This document shows positions 12,825-27,375 of a stretch of 64,000 bases of DNA, one piece after another. Source of the stretch: the human T2T-CHM13v2.0 reference genome, Homo sapiens; the NCBI RefSeq assembly GCF_009914755.1, contig NC_060928.1; one strand, written 5' to 3'. The position numbers were made by a program, and so were the translations under genes. Below the pieces are notes generated by a model that was not told the origin of the DNA, made no database searches, and saw only the letters and a list, made by a program, of their open reading frames with translations. Each line of letters starts with the position of its first letter. Positions within the stretch are counted from its first letter, which is position 1.

Positions 12825-14784
12825 ACCTGGAAGAATGTAAAATAGGAAAACAGTGTCTCCCCCAATAGAATTTCGTGTAAAACGTGGACTGTGTTACAAA
12901 GTCAGATGGGTGCAGTTGTCCTGCTTAACCGCTAATCAGGAGCTGAAGGCCAGAGACTCACAGCTGTTCCCCAGCCTGGTAGTGAACCCAGAGGCCTGTC
13001 TTGCTGTGCAGTGGGACAGGAAGTTGCATTTGGGAGTCTCATAGAACACACTGGAAGATGTGTTTTAGCTTGGCCAGGTTCATGCAGGACAGATTTTCTG
13101 CATAAAGAAAATCAATGACAGTTTCTGAAACTGCATCCTGGAAGCCTTGACCAGTTTGGGTAATAACAAGAGATTTGAAAGTGTGGGGTGTACAGGTGTT
13201 TTGCTGAATCTAGGTGGTGGTGGTGATTATTATTATTTGGAATTCAGCTTTCAGTTCTACCTGCTTGTGAGTTCCAAACTTTGTGAAAATTAGTTGCTTG
13301 GACGAAACTTTTCTTTGCCTCTGGAAGGCTGTCAGAAAGCGAGATTTCCCAGCTTATGTGCAGTGTTATAGTTAATAGAGTAATGGCTCTGCAAAGTTGT
13401 TCCTTTACTTTAAATGTAATTTATTTTGCATTTGTGCTACAGAACGGTCATAAGTGTGCCCTTTTGTCCTCTTGTTTGGAAACTGGGTTTTTATAATGTG
13501 TGTGGTCTATCCGAAGATTATTGCCCATTATTGAACACCATTCATAGCAACCATTTGCATTAGGCATTGTACGTGTACTCTCCACTCTGCAAACTATGTG
13601 TTCTGTCCCTTTTTAAAAAGAGGAAGCTAAGGTTCAGAGAAGCTAGGTAGTCCATTCTGAGCTTCACGTGCCAGAGGCCATTTTGTACTTACTTCAAATG
13701 CCATTGAAATAAATGCACATCAGAGAATTGTTCTTAGCATAAGGGGCGCTACATGTAACTTTTTATTAGTGAAATGGATGATGTTCAAGGGCTGTGGTTG
13801 ATTAGAAAGGCGTCCAGACCCTGGCTCCAGGGACTATGGAGCAGAACTCGAGGCCAGTGCCTGTCGAGCGGGTCCCCACACTCCATCTGTGTGACCTGAC
13901 TGTGGATGGCCTGGCTCTGCCGTTAGATTGCCACGGTGCCCTCCTCTGGTTGAACCTTTCTCGAGAAGTGCTTGTTGGAGGCTTGAGTGCAGAGCCTGTG
14001 AGAAGCTCTATGTGGTTCCTATTGCCTGTCAGCTTGCTGATAAAGGTCATTGGTTTGGCAAAATTTGGCCCAAGGTTTGCCTTCTCATAACATACCACTC
14101 GGTAGCAAGGCTGGGAGGAAGGTGGCTATAGCTATTTCTGGAAGCTGCTTAGGGGGCTGCCTCCCCCTAAATTGGTACATAATTTGCAGGGCCTATTGCA
14201 AGATGAAAATGCAGAACCCTTTCTTGAAAGATTATTAGGAATTTCAAGACAGAGACAACAGAGCATGAAGCCTTGTGCAAGGTCCTTCTAAGCACAGAGC
14301 CAGTGTGACCGCACAGAACACACACCCGTGAAGCCAGCTCTGCCCCCACCATCTGACCACTCTTGAGTGGCCAATTAGCATAGGTCACTCCCCACCCTGC
14401 TAGGCCCACCCTCTTAGGAATGTTGTGAGGCTTAAATAAGAAATAGCCACTCTACAAGCGGTGTCAATTAGCATGGGCTCTGGTTTCTGTGTGAGGTAGT
14501 TTGCTAACATGAGAGGGTATCTGATTAGCTAAAACGATAACACTGACAGATTAAATTCAGAATAACTAAACCTTCCCTGTGTTCCTTTATGCCACATGAC
14601 TCCTGCATATTCTGCTACCAGCACCTGTTTGATACCAGACGGAGGGGTCCATTTGGGATGGGACAGGAGCATCAGCAGAAATGCAGAAGTGGGGAAGTGC
14701 TCCATCTTCTTGGAAGCTGAGCTGGCAAGGGTAATGGAATGAAAGAGATTGTGAATATTTTTGAGACTATGAGGAAACCAGTAC

Positions 14785-15080
14785 ACTGGTGTTGCCCAGT
14801 ACAGAAGCCACATGTGGCTGTTAAGCACTTGAGATGTGGCTACTCCAAATTGAGGCGTGCTGTCAGTATAAAGAACACACTGGATTTCAAAGACTTGGCA
14901 TGAAAAAAGAATGCCTAATGTCTCAGTATTTTTATATTGATTATGTTGAAGTGATAGTATTTTGTGTATGTTGGGTGTAACAAAATATCTAATTAAAATT
15001 AACTTCACCTGTTATTTTCTAATGTGGGTGCTAGAAACTGTTACATCCTGCATGGGGGTCACATTCCAGTTCAGTTGCAT
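14785..15080 (-). mobile_element. MER33 (hAT-Charlie)
   Basis: agccacatgtggctgttaagcacttgagatgtggcta...aattaaaattaacttcacctgtt. Confidence 0.75.
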
Positions 15081-15100
15081 GTGCTGCTACCCATTGTTCT

Positions 15101-15123
15101 ACACACACACACACACACACACA
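15101..15123. repeat. (CA)n microsatellite
   Basis: About 11 perfect AC units. Confidence 0.9.
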
Positions 15124-16037
15124 GCTGCACACAACCTAGAGGGGTCAGAGACCCCAGGAGCCCCTGCTTCTGGTGCCCAGGCTAAGCGCTGGAGTGGAAG
15201 ATAAAGCTGGGAGGGTGGGTAAGGAGGTGAGTGCACGGAGCTCCAGGCTAACAGAGTGGATAATTTGTTCTTTGAGCACTGGGGAGCTATGGATTGCTTA
15301 CTAGCAGCAAGGTGACTTGTGCAGGGTATATCTGGGGGAGGTTTACTGGGGGAAGAGATAGAGGAGGCAAGAAGTGAATACAGAACGAGAAATCAGGACA
15401 GTGGTTAGGAGACCGTAGCTTTCCTCTTGAGTCAAGTTCAGATAACACATCTGGACTGATGAAATTCTTTTTCAGGAAGCTGAGGAAGAGCCCATGAAAA
15501 TATGTTCCTCCCTGTGCTGAGACCGAATAATTGCAGTGAACAATTAACGTGTGGCCTAGATCCACCTTTTGCCTTCGCTGATCCAAGCAGGTTCATAATT
15601 CTTGCCTGGGCCCAAGCTTGGCCCTGGCTGCCAGCTGCCTGGCTCCAGATGTTTCTTAATCGTTTCAAGTACTTCTCTGCTCCCTGGAAACAGGCACTCC
15701 CATCAGTCACATTCCAGAGGAGGAGGAAGAGGAACTTGACAAGTATCAGCTACAAAAGCCTCCTGAACAAAAGAAATCCTTTAAGCCTATTTGAATAACA
15801 GTTTTTTGTGAAAATAATCAGGATGTTGAGAGCTTTTTTTTTTTTCTTTTAAACTCTTTTTGGAAGGTAACTTTTGTGAAAAGAAAACACCTGCTGCTCC
15901 TCAGGCTGTTTCAAAACACTGCCTATAGTTTGAAAGTACGGAGATATGCATGTGGTATGAAGCATTTGCAGGCATAATATGTGTAGTCTGGGAAAAGCAG
16001 ATCCAGAGAGTGCTTGTAGTAAGGCGAGGCCTTTTAG

Positions 16038-16460
<423 letters not shown>

Positions 16461-16769
16461 CAACAGTTTTCTTTTTTCGATTGAAGTTCAGCTATTTGCA
16501 GGACCGAAGGTAGTTCTGATTACTTTCACCTGTACTTCCACCAAAAAATAAATAAAACAACCATGAGTAATTGCTGATTTTTAATTGAAAGCATTATTCC
16601 AGGAATAACTGGTGGACTTCGTTTGCAGAGGAAGTGGCAAAGACTGATTGATATTATGATCCAGCTTCTAAAGATTTTGCTGCTTAATCTGAAGCACATT
16701 GGATTTCTGGTTCAATAGGCTTTCTTTTTTTGTTTTTATTATTACAACTAATATGTATTCTTTTCACAG

Positions 16770-17014
16770 GGCGAACCTTTCCTACACACCCATACTTCTC
16801 TGCCCAGCTTGGAGCAGGACAGCTATCGCTTTACAACATTTTGAAGGCCTACTCACTTCTAGACCAGGAAGTGGGATATTGCCAAGGTCTCAGCTTTGTA
16901 GCAGGCATTTTGCTTCTTCATATGAGTGAGGAAGAGGCGTTTAAAATGCTCAAGTTTCTGATGTTTGACATGGGGCTGCGGAAACAGTATCGGCCAGACA
17001 TGATTATTTTACAG
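16770..17014 (+). CDS. TBC1D1: TBC1D1 coding exon (245 nt, phase 1-0) carrying the catalytic arginine and glutamine fingers
   Basis: Acceptor ttttcacAG and donor GTATAG at 17015. Translates (G)RTFPTHPYF...[17 protein letters not shown]...DMIILQ. Counting back from the stop codon, for the 1168-aa isoform I recall, puts this Arg at 854, the known catalytic residue. Confidence 0.97.
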
Positions 17015-17119
17015 GTATAGAGTGTTCCTTATGTCTTTAATACAACAAAATGCTAAGAATGTTTCTTATCCCTCTCCAGATGTGCCTCAGGAGCTTTTTC
17101 ACCGTCAGGTAACATTGTA

Positions 17120-17730
17120 ATAGCTGTCACTGCTGATAAAGGACTCTGTGCTAGGCATTATTCCAAGCGCTTCATCTGCACTTCCCTCTAATAACAGGAA
17201 GACACTGTTCATCGTCTCAATTTGTAGATTGGAAAACTGAGTCTCCAAGAGATTATAAATTGGGCCCAGTCACACAGCTAGCAAGTGTCAGAGCTGGACT
17301 GGAAACCCAGGCCTCTCTGACTCTAGGGCCTTCCCTCTTGCCCCCATCAGCCATCAGATGATCTCAGACCTACCTCCCAGCCTCTGCATCTGCTCTTCCT
17401 CTGCCTCACCCCCACCCTTGTCATCTCAGGTTCAGCTCAAATATCACATCCTGGGAGAAGCTCATTCTGACTACCCTGATGTTGTGTTCCCCACTTCCAC
17501 CTTGGGCACACTGCGTCACGTTATCCTGGCTGATTTCTTTTGCACAACACAGCCACTGCCAGAAATGATCTTGTTTCCATAATCATCTCCCTGTCTATTT
17601 TCTGATTTTTCATAGCCTGTGAACTTTAGGAGAGGGAAGGGATCTTACGGGTCTTGGAGCCGAGTTCCTAGTTTCTGAAACAGTGCGTGGGTTGAAGTAG
17701 GCACCCCATAAGTATTTGTTGAATGAACAA
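17120..17730. mobile_element. MIR fragment followed by an L2 3' fragment
   Basis: tgtgctaggca...gaaaactgagtctc...gcccagtcacacagcta (MIR), then ttcagctcaaatatcacatcc...aagtatttgttgaatgaa (L2 end). Boundaries approximate. Confidence 0.6.
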
Positions 17731-19097
17731 TTCTGTCAGAGAAAACCAAACACAGTAGCGTATTGCAAATACCACGTGCTGCTCTTGCTGCCTGTCAGAG
17801 GGAAAACTCTGGATCCTGCTTCAGGAATATTCCTAAATGTTGCAGCACATGTTGATATGTTCATTTACTACCAGTAAGATACTATGCCTTCAGAGCTCTA
17901 GAGAGTATCCTGGGAGGGAATACATTAGAGCCAAGGACTTGCTTTGAGAGCACCAAATTATGTGATTCAAAATCTTTTCACCTTGACCTGTGAACATGGA
18001 CCACGTGAATGCAAATATCATAGAAGGAACTCATTCACTGAAAGATTTTGACCACATAACACTTTCCACATGTACTGTGAGGTTCTTCCTACATTCCCTT
18101 TATTAACTTTAAAGACAGTGGTCACCAGGCAGTGGAATTTTTGAGTTTTCTATAATTTATGTAACACACAACTCTTTTGGGGTGGTGCCTTTGGTTGATT
18201 AGACAGTCTTCGATATGGGAGAGCCACAGCTGGTGCTTATGGGATTATATTATCTGAGCCTCTGAAAACGGTTTTGTTTTCTTTCTCTCAGTTTAGATAG
18301 GACATATCCAACTTGGTGGATCTTAGCGGATTCTGACCCTCTGTAGGTTGTTGTTTCTTTAGGCTCAGGCCGTGGCACTGCTCAGATCTGGGCTGGCTCT
18401 CGGGCCTCTGTGAGCCTGTAACTCTTGGTGGCACTACTAGGAACTGGCATGAGATTTCTGCCAGAATCATGTCATTCTGTGAAGTTGGAGTTCCACTTTA
18501 GTTGGAAAAAGTTTTTATTTCATCTTAAGATGCACACTTGTCTTCTTGTTTTAACTTGCCAGGTATCTGGATATTCCATATATTATACACCAAAAGAAAT
18601 TATGCTTCTCCTGCCTATTGAGTAATTTCAGGGGTCCAGAGGGAACTTGCTGAGTGAACATGTACAATGGATTCCTATGGAATCATAAGATGCCCCTAAT
18701 TCAGTCTTAGTAAAGAGACTGGCTTCTTATTTCTAATTCCTCCAGGCTTGAGTTGTGCAAAGAGTATGTATTTGTAAGAGAATTTATGAAATGTTTGCAC
18801 AAGACAGATTTTTAGATCTTCTTAGTGGAGGAATACAAGGGAACAATAAAAAGGAAGTGGCAGTAGAAGACCCAGCGTTAGCGTCCTGGGCCTACACCCA
18901 GCCAGTGCCTGGCACCAGCAGGCACTTGGGAAGCACTTGTTGGATGAATTAGTAGCTGAGCTCAGTGGATCGCAAGCCAAATCGAATGTTTAAAGTTCTA
19001 GTAAGTCTTCTCTTACACCCACCCTGTGAGCAGTAGGCATAACTTTATTGCTGTGGCAGATCCCTAATTCTCAGCCCTTGTGGCTGTCTTCCTGCAG

Positions 19098-19257
19098 ATC
19101 CAGATGTACCAGCTCTCGAGGTTGCTTCATGATTACCACAGAGACCTCTACAATCACCTGGAGGAGCACGAGATCGGCCCCAGCCTCTACGCTGCCCCCT
19201 GGTTCCTCACCATGTTTGCCTCACAGTTCCCGCTGGGATTCGTAGCCAGAGTCTTTG
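19098..19257 (+). CDS. TBC1D1: TBC1D1 coding exon (160 nt, phase 0-1)
   Basis: Acceptor tcttcctgcAG and donor GTGAGC at 19258. Translates [53 protein letters not shown], with the TBC 'WFLTxF' motif. Confidence 0.97.
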
Positions 19258-22200
19258 GTGAGCATTAGTAAATCTGTTTGCCAGAACCAGCCTTCTCTTA
19301 TTAGAGGGGAAACATTTCCTGTCTCTCCGTGGTGATTCTTATTTTTATACCTGTAGCTCTTACCAGAACAGGGTATTGTTTGATAGTCTAAGATTAGTCA
19401 GGGGTGGGTTTTGTGACTTTGGAGTCCTCCTTAACTTCTGATAATCACGGGGCTTCCCTTAGATGCCTTCATCTTGTGGGATGTGGATCCGATCCGTGTA
19501 GATCCGATCGCTCACCATGAGGGTCTCCCTAGAGCAGACATTTGGAGGACTTGGCTGAGGAGCCACAGGTGTATGTTTCTCATGAATTGCCTTCCTCAGC
19601 CACTCTGGGTTGTGAGTATTGACTGATGCTGACTGTGGGCCTCTGGGCCCTTTCTAGATTCCCTTGGCATCTCTTCCTCCCCTTTCTCTTCTTGCCCTGC
19701 CCTTGGCTCTACACTTTCTCCCAAGTCACTGTCTTGGAGACCAGTGTCAGGACCTTGAGTAACACCTCCGTGTGGATGGCTCGCTCTCCCCGCTCAGCCT
19801 TGACACTTCATGAAGGCCTCTTGCCCCTGAGCCCACATGTCACAGCCACTGCCACTCCCGTGCCCCCGCTGTTAACCTTGGGTGGTTCACATGTAAAACC
19901 TGCCTTTATATTCTTGATTTACTTTTTGAGAACATTGTCAAAGTTAGGTGAGTGTTCATACACAAAGCCTTCAACCTGCCTTCATATGCAGGGATAGGGC
20001 TGTCCACGTGCGCATCAGGAACCGAGTGGAATGTTGTGAGCATGGTCAGTTCGGGCACAGTTTGTTTTCCCTACTGCAGAATAAAAGTGATATTTTTGAC
20101 AATTCAGGTTCTTTTTTTTATTGTAAAGGAGGAGGCTACTAAAAAAATGATAGTTATTATATATCAAATGTTTTTAAGCATCACTTGACAGCTTAAAAAC
20201 ATGTGATCTTTAAAAAATTTGTTTTTATGATTAGAGAGCATCTTAAGGGAAATGTTCAAAGACATTGATACTACTTCAGACATGCTTTGGGTAAACATCT
20301 TAAATATCCAAATTCTAGAAATCCTAAAATTTGCTTTTTAATATAAGTGAGCATTTACCCTTCTTCTCTCTTTTCCTTTCCCCCCAAATACTAGATTTTT
20401 ATTATTCACTTTTATCTACAAGAACCTTTAAAGAGTTTCCCATTTTGCTTTACTATAAGAATTCATATTCCTTCTTTTCTGTCCCTGAAAAAATAAAATC
20501 ACTAAATTAAAATAGATACAAAAAGCTATCTCCTGGTTGAGCATATCTTTAGTGAGAGTTCATGAAGGTTTATACCATGGTTAAAAAAAAAAAAAGATTA
20601 ACTAAAAGCCTCAAAATTGTGTGCTTAGTTTATTAACAAAAGAGTTACAGAAACTAAAATCTCAAGCTCTAGGCTTTAAGCTTTCTTGCCAATAACTTCT
20701 ATGTTTTTGACTTCTCTAACACTGGAAATTAAAAGAAAATTATTAATCTACCTTCCTTACATTTTCTCCACATTTTAGCTATGATTTTCATACAGGGTCA
20801 TGAAGAGGAGTGAGGATGGAAATGGGGAGGAGGGAGCGCTGTTTGTTAATGGTTTGTAAACAGCTCAGGCATTAAATTACTTGGTTAGTGAAGAAAATTC
20901 TACCAAGGCAACCAGGCTGACCACAGACTGGAGGGCTGAGGGGTCATCACTGAGTCATCTCTGCCCTGGGGCCCCAGGCACTGGAGCTGCTGCTTGCAGA
21001 AAGTTCTGGGGCTCTGGAAGAGAAATTTTTCCTTCGGCTCATAAATGGGTAAAAAGACGTTAACAAACAAGCAGACTCCACTTTGGAAATGATAGCCCTT
21101 CTATTGCAGAGTAATTTGAAGCTCTCTGAAGCTCACTCTAATGACTTCATAAATCAAAGCTGCAGCTTGTAAAGGTAAGATATTTTTCTGTAGACTTTGT
21201 AGGCAGTGGTGAGACTCGGAGTTTCATAAACATTATGCATAGAGATGCCAGTGTCTACATCATTCCTGGATCCCACAGACTCCTGCTGTGCTAAGTGGGT
21301 CGTTGTCCAGCTGGCCAAGGGCTCCTGGGATTAGAGGCGGGAAGTGGGATCTCAAGGCCGCACTGGCTTGTGATGTCACTTTGCAAGAACTGCTTTTTTT
21401 TCCACAGTCCATCCCATCTTTCAGTACTTAAAAACAGAAAAGATAGGTTTTTACAAACCATTTCTATTTTTAGCACTGATGACTTAGAGAATGGTGATGG
21501 AGATAGCTTAGTTTTATATTTCAAAGCCTGCCATTCAGTCACTATAGTCTTTTTTGGCCTAGGGCCCATTTCATTATAAGCCTTTAAGTCTGGATAAACT
21601 CTAAAAACATGTAGAACTTTGTTGACTAAGTAAAATATTTCAGTTTGCACCACCTTAGCTCATATATTAGTTAATAGGTTACCTGGCATTAAGTATGTAT
21701 CTGCTCCTTGGAGGGGCGGCTGCCAGTGATGTGTGCGCCTTAACCTTCACATGATACTCACACCTTGCTGAATGGCAGTTCTTCTACCTGGTGTCACATA
21801 ATGTCAATAGCCCCTTCCTGTATTTTTCTAGCTTGAGTACAGCAGGGCCCTGGGAGAGACGCTTGCTCTGTTCACTTTCTCATCACATCTACCTTTGGGG
21901 GAAAAAAAATCTAAAAAACAGGACCTGGCTTGCTCCTGATGGAGGAGGAGGCTGCAGTGTTCAGCCTCTGATGTTTTTCTATAGGACATGCTGCCAAATA
22001 GATGAGGGAGGAGGAGGAGTATAAAAACTAAGGGTTTGGCAAAAAACACAGAAGCCACCTGCAATATAGTGAAGGCTTCAGAGAGACTTTAGGATGAAAA
22101 TAGACTGAAAACAAGATTGTTTCTGTGGCCAGGAAAATCTCCAGCTATTCAGGTGACATGATGCCGCGTGATGATGAGTGTGTCCAGTCTGTCTGTGCTG

Positions 22201-22756
22201 TTGTTCTGCACAGCACTGTCATCAGCCTTCAGCGTCCCCTTTACCCGTTACTCATAGAATGTAGCGGAGCCACGACTGGAGGACCGCAGCCTTCCAGAAG
22301 AAAGTTGAGAAGGCTCAGCCTTGACAAAGACAAAGGTGGCTGGAAAAAGAGATGCAGTGCAATCTCACATAGGAAGATTGCACTTTGAGATCATGAAGTT
22401 TAGTTTCAAATAGAGTTCCAATACACAGTAACGCAATAAGAGGGTTGCTGAAATGTCCTCAAAGAAAAGCAGTTCCTTTGTGTTGTTCCCAGCGAATACA
22501 GTGCAAAGTAATAGAGTCAGCTGAATTTAAGATTCCTATTTCCTGCCGGATAAAACGTCTTGCCTGTTTCTAGGTGGCTTGAAAAAGGAGAGGAGAGAAG
22601 GAAGAGGCAGGAGAAAAGTCCCACTGAAAGGACGTGGGCTACAGTGTAGTGAGCTAGGCTACTGCCTCACTGCGCTGGGCGGCTCCAACAGTTCACTGTC
22701 TCCTAGGGAGGTTTTCAAATGCAGGACATTTGCTCACTTTTCCAAGGAGAGTTATT

Positions 22757-22789
22757 GTTTTTTTGTTTTGTTTTGTTTTGTTTTGTTTT
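22757..22789. repeat. (TTTTG)n simple repeat
   Basis: Direct reading. Confidence 0.85.
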
Positions 22790-25700
22790 AAAAAATTCCA
22801 GAATGTAAATGTATAAGATACCGGAAGACAGGCAAAATAAAAATAATTGGTTTGGGGCAGTGGGTTTATAGGTAACATTTTTCTTTACTATTATTTTAAA
22901 ATTAGATGTGATTTAAAAAAATTTCCAAAGCCAAAAAACGGTACAAATGCTTTAAAGGATGAAGATGTTGTCCCCAAGTGTCATCAGACAAATTTAGGAG
23001 GCCCTTCCTCCCAAGCAAAGCTTCCTGCAGTCCTTCCTTCAACTCTGAATTCAAGCACATTCCTGCATTGTGCACCCAAATGATCTCCCGATTTAAGACC
23101 CCCTGTGTCTCACAGAAGCTTCTGGGGCTGAACTTTCTCCGGCCTTGGAGGGTTGGACGCTTTGAATGGGAGGAGTGGTGGTGAGTGGAGCATCTCTGGC
23201 AGCAGGCATTTGGGAGTCTCTGGCAGGAATCAATCAGCGTAGTCTCCAAAGGTGGCCTTTCTCTGACACTAACTAGCCCTTGCAGGGGTCATACCCATAA
23301 CCTGCATCTCATTAACATCATCTCCTTACCAGTGCACTGACCTAGTGAGAAAAGGAACAACAAGCATTCAGCGACTCCTGCGGTGCTCCAGGGGAAGTTA
23401 GAATTGCTTGGCTGGGGCAGAGGCCCCTGGTGATCTGGACCTGCGTGCCCCCATTTGCCCACCTTCTGCCCTGCACAACCAGTGCCCCTGCCTTGCCAGC
23501 CAGACTGTTTTTCAGGCTCCTGCACACCTCCCTGTATTGACACCCTATTTTCCTTTTATTCAGAGTATTAATCCTGAGGTCTGACCTAGGAAATTTTCAT
23601 TGGTTCTTCAAGCAGTCACCTTTCTGTGGGCCTTTTCTTTCCTCTTTGTTCTCGTAACACCCTGGGCATAACTCTACCGAACCAGAACTCCTTGGTGTCT
23701 CTGCAGCGTGTTCTTTGTGTTTTGCTCATGGCTTAATCTCCAGAGCCTAATACAGTGCCTGATGTGTATTAGATGCTCAATAGATGCTCATTAAGTTAAA
23801 GTAGAAGACACCTCTCAGCAGAGTTCTCTTAAGGTGTTGTGAATAGCATTGGGAAAGAACATTTATTTTTTAATTACATTAAATACAAACAGATATAATA
23901 AAATAAATCATATGCCCAGTGCTATGTCTTAATTTTTTAACATATCAATAAAGAGACTTTAAAACACATAACACCACCCTCTCCCCTCCAAATTTCCTTT
24001 CCGGGAAAGTCTCCTTTTGGAATCATAGGAAGCACTTACTAAGTTGATTTATTGTAAAAAAACCAAGATCCTAATAAATCTCAGAAGATCTCCTGTTAAC
24101 CTAAAGAGACCACTGATGTGGATTCTGTATTTGGTTGTGCTGACAAAAGTTTCCCAGTAATTGTTTATTTTAATTGGCGTAGATGTGGTACTGTACCTAA
24201 TTTAAGGCACTTGTCCCTCTGAGAGTAGAGACCAAGCTATAGAAAATCACTGGTGTTGTAGGGAAAGCCTTTCCCCAGGATCCCTGCAAAAAAGGTCTTG
24301 ATTTTTATTCTGAAAGATGCCCTCATTTTTTGTTCAGCTATAAAAGTTCATATATTGAAAGGAGGTCTAGGAAGTCTCACTGTGTAAACCACTGAAACTT
24401 CAAATTTACTTTAGAGTTTTGTTTCTGGAAATGTCATTTCTGTTTAAAAATACATCTTTGTTATAGTATTATTTTAGATCTTTTTATTTTCTGTAGTGGG
24501 GAATTATACAGGTAGACTACATTTTATAAACCAGATATTTCAGAGGAATATTCTTCAATTGGCCTGCCTTGGTGTATGTAACACTTACCCTGAAAAGCTC
24601 TGATTTCAAAGACACAGTTAGTTCTCTAGTATATCTTCCCAGCCTCAACAACCAGACTTAAGAAGGAAGTGAAGGATTCATCTTTCCCACTTTCCTGCGG
24701 CCACCCTGAGCCATCAGTAGTTGTGATGTTTGTGGAAAGAGTGTGGACCCTGAGCTGGGTGGGAGAAGCAGGCTGATCTCAGCGCTGGCATGGCTTAGGG
24801 CTGCACCCATCTCAGCTCACATGGTTAATTAAGGGTTTTGTGGTGGTTACAGAGGATCTCGAGGGCTATCCCAGCCAGCGGGCTCCTGGGTCTGTCATCC
24901 CTGCCTGTGCTTTGTTCAGAAACTACAGGGATTCAGTTTCCCATTTGCACAGCAGCACCCAGTCTTTGCTTTTCTGTTTCTTCGTGGCTTTTAAATGTTA
25001 TCATATTAACCATCTAGAGAGGCACCCTGCAAGGTTATTCCTCTCACCTGCTTTTGCTTTCCTTGATTTGATGAAATTTACAGCTTCTTTCTCTCTTCCA
25101 TTATCTTTCAGCCAAAAGAAACAGAGAAAAGAAATACTGACACTTGCCTCCAATTATATTTCTACTCTGATTTTTAAAATTGTTTTTTTCTTATATTATT
25201 ATTCTAGTTATTAGGTAACCTGCCTCAGTTTAGTCAACCAATAATTAGTTATCGTGGCTCTGCTTTAACCCCAGGACATCAGACTCTTTTTTTCCCCAGC
25301 AGCTTCAACTCTATGAGGAAGGTGAGACAGGGCTGGGGTTGCTGCTCGGCCGCTTGCCTTGGCCGGTGCCCTCCCTCTTATTCTGCAGTCTGTATAGAAG
25401 TTGCATCCATTTGCCAGCCACTCTAAGAACAAAATATGGCCAGAACTAGGAAGTAACCTTGACAGAGTTCTTGAACTCCTCAGAGGGAAAAATGTTCTTT
25501 ATTCCATTATCATGTTAAAAATCAGTAAACTTGTATTTAACAATGTACTTCTGCAGTTGTACAGCTGTTGTACAGTTTTTAAAGATCTTTGAATTCTATT
25601 CCTTGTTTCAAAACAGAGGAAACAGAGACACTTTTTCACTTACTCTATCTTAATTTCTGATGCTTTATCTATAAAAATCTTTTAGTGTGACCCATAAAAA

Positions 25701-26028
25701 CATGTTTTAGTATCTCCTTTAAAACCCAGGAGCATTCCTGGAAAAATAGACTAATAAAACCTTTTTCCCTTTCCCAGTTTAACTTTTGAAGCATGTTTGA
25801 ATTTTATTTTCAGAGTAAAACATAATTTTTAATGTTTATGTACTTTTATTTGCAATACTGTCTTGACAACACTGTCTGAGATATCAGGCTCTTAAAAATG
25901 AAATAAAGTTTGCAATGTGGGGCTATGTCTCCCACACTCCTGCTCTGTGATGTGTGGAAAAGGCAATGGAATGGTATTGCGTGAGAAACTGGTCTGGTTT
26001 AACTTTCTGCATTTCTGTGTTTTCTCAG

Positions 26029-26198
26029 ATATGATTTTTCTTCAGGGAACAGAGGTCATATTTAAAGTGGCTTTAAGTCTGTTGGGAAGCCATAAGCCCT
26101 TGATTCTGCAGCATGAAAACCTAGAAACCATAGTTGACTTTATAAAAAGCACGCTACCCAACCTTGGCTTGGTACAGATGGAAAAGACCATCAATCAG
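26029..26198 (+). CDS. TBC1D1: TBC1D1 coding exon (170 nt, phase 1-0), end of the TBC domain
   Basis: Acceptor tgttttctcAG and donor GTATGA at 26199. Translates (D)[18 protein letters not shown]...MEKTINQ. Confidence 0.96.
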
Positions 26199-27042
26199 GT
26201 ATGAGTCAGTCCAAACCTTGCAAATGCTTAAGCCATCCTAGATATGTAGAAACTTAAATCTCTCTTGAGCAGGAACTGTTTCCTACCACTTTGTGTTCTG
26301 AACGGCATTCTGCATGATGCCTGGCATGGAGGAGGCATATCACAAACGTGTGGAATGATCGTGAGTGTGTGTGTTGTGAGCGTCATGGTGAAATGCCACA
26401 TGGAAACATGGTGGCAATGTTTAGCTGTAGAAACCAGCACAGGTTATTAGTAGTTTCTTACATTTAAGAGACTTCAGCTCTAGTAGCTTGTTCTTCTGAA
26501 ACATATATATATTTATGCAATGATGCAATGTAGGGTTTTGTACATTGAGTGCTTTGATTTGTGTGTGTGTATGTTGAATGGTTTTAATTGGAATTTTCTC
26601 CAAATAATTCTTTGATAACAAAGTTATGATAGGGAACATATATTCTATGAATTTGTTTCATGATGTGTGTGTGTGGTTTTTTTTTAACTGAATTCAGTTC
26701 AATATCTGTGGCTTCATTACCTCTGGTTTCAGTATACAATAGAACCATTATCCTCTGAAGTGTTAGAGGCTGAGAGGTGAGTTTTACTGGGAATTACAAC
26801 TAAACTAGATGGTGAATGCCCTGGGTTGGGCATGGGAGCAGATTTTGATCCTGTACAGTTTAAGGAAGAACCTGCCAGTAATGGCTGCTGATGATGGAGG
26901 ACTATGCTCCTTAGTAGAGAAAGGGGCATCATTGGAAGTGTCTAGAGGCTGGGTAGCTACGAAAGCACTGGAAGGGATTTCATCATTGAGTCACTGCAGA
27001 GTCAGCAGTCAAGCCTCTCATAAGCCTAGAATCTGCTCCAGA

Positions 27043-27375
27043 TAGTCATGTGTCACTTAATAATAGCAATACGTTTTGAGAACTGCATCATTAGGTGATT
27101 TCATCATTGTGCAAACTTCATAAAGTGTACTTAAACCCAAGTGGTATAGCCTACTACACACCTACACATGTTGTTCCTAGGCCCTACAAATCTGTATGAC
27201 ATGTGACTATACTGAATACTGTTGGTAGTTGTAACACAAGGTGGAGTATTTGTGTATCTAAACATAACTAAACATAGAAAAGGTACAATAAAAATATGGT
27301 ATTCTAATCTTATGGGACCACCATCATATATGCAGTTCGCCATTGACCAAAATGTTGTAATGCAACACACAACTG
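27043..27375 (+). mobile_element. Tigger3a (MER7A/Golem-derived) DNA transposon fossil
   Basis: End-to-end similarity to the recalled consensus: agtcatg..tcacttaa...gtatagcctactacacaccta...aatcttatgggaccacc...actg. Confidence 0.85.
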
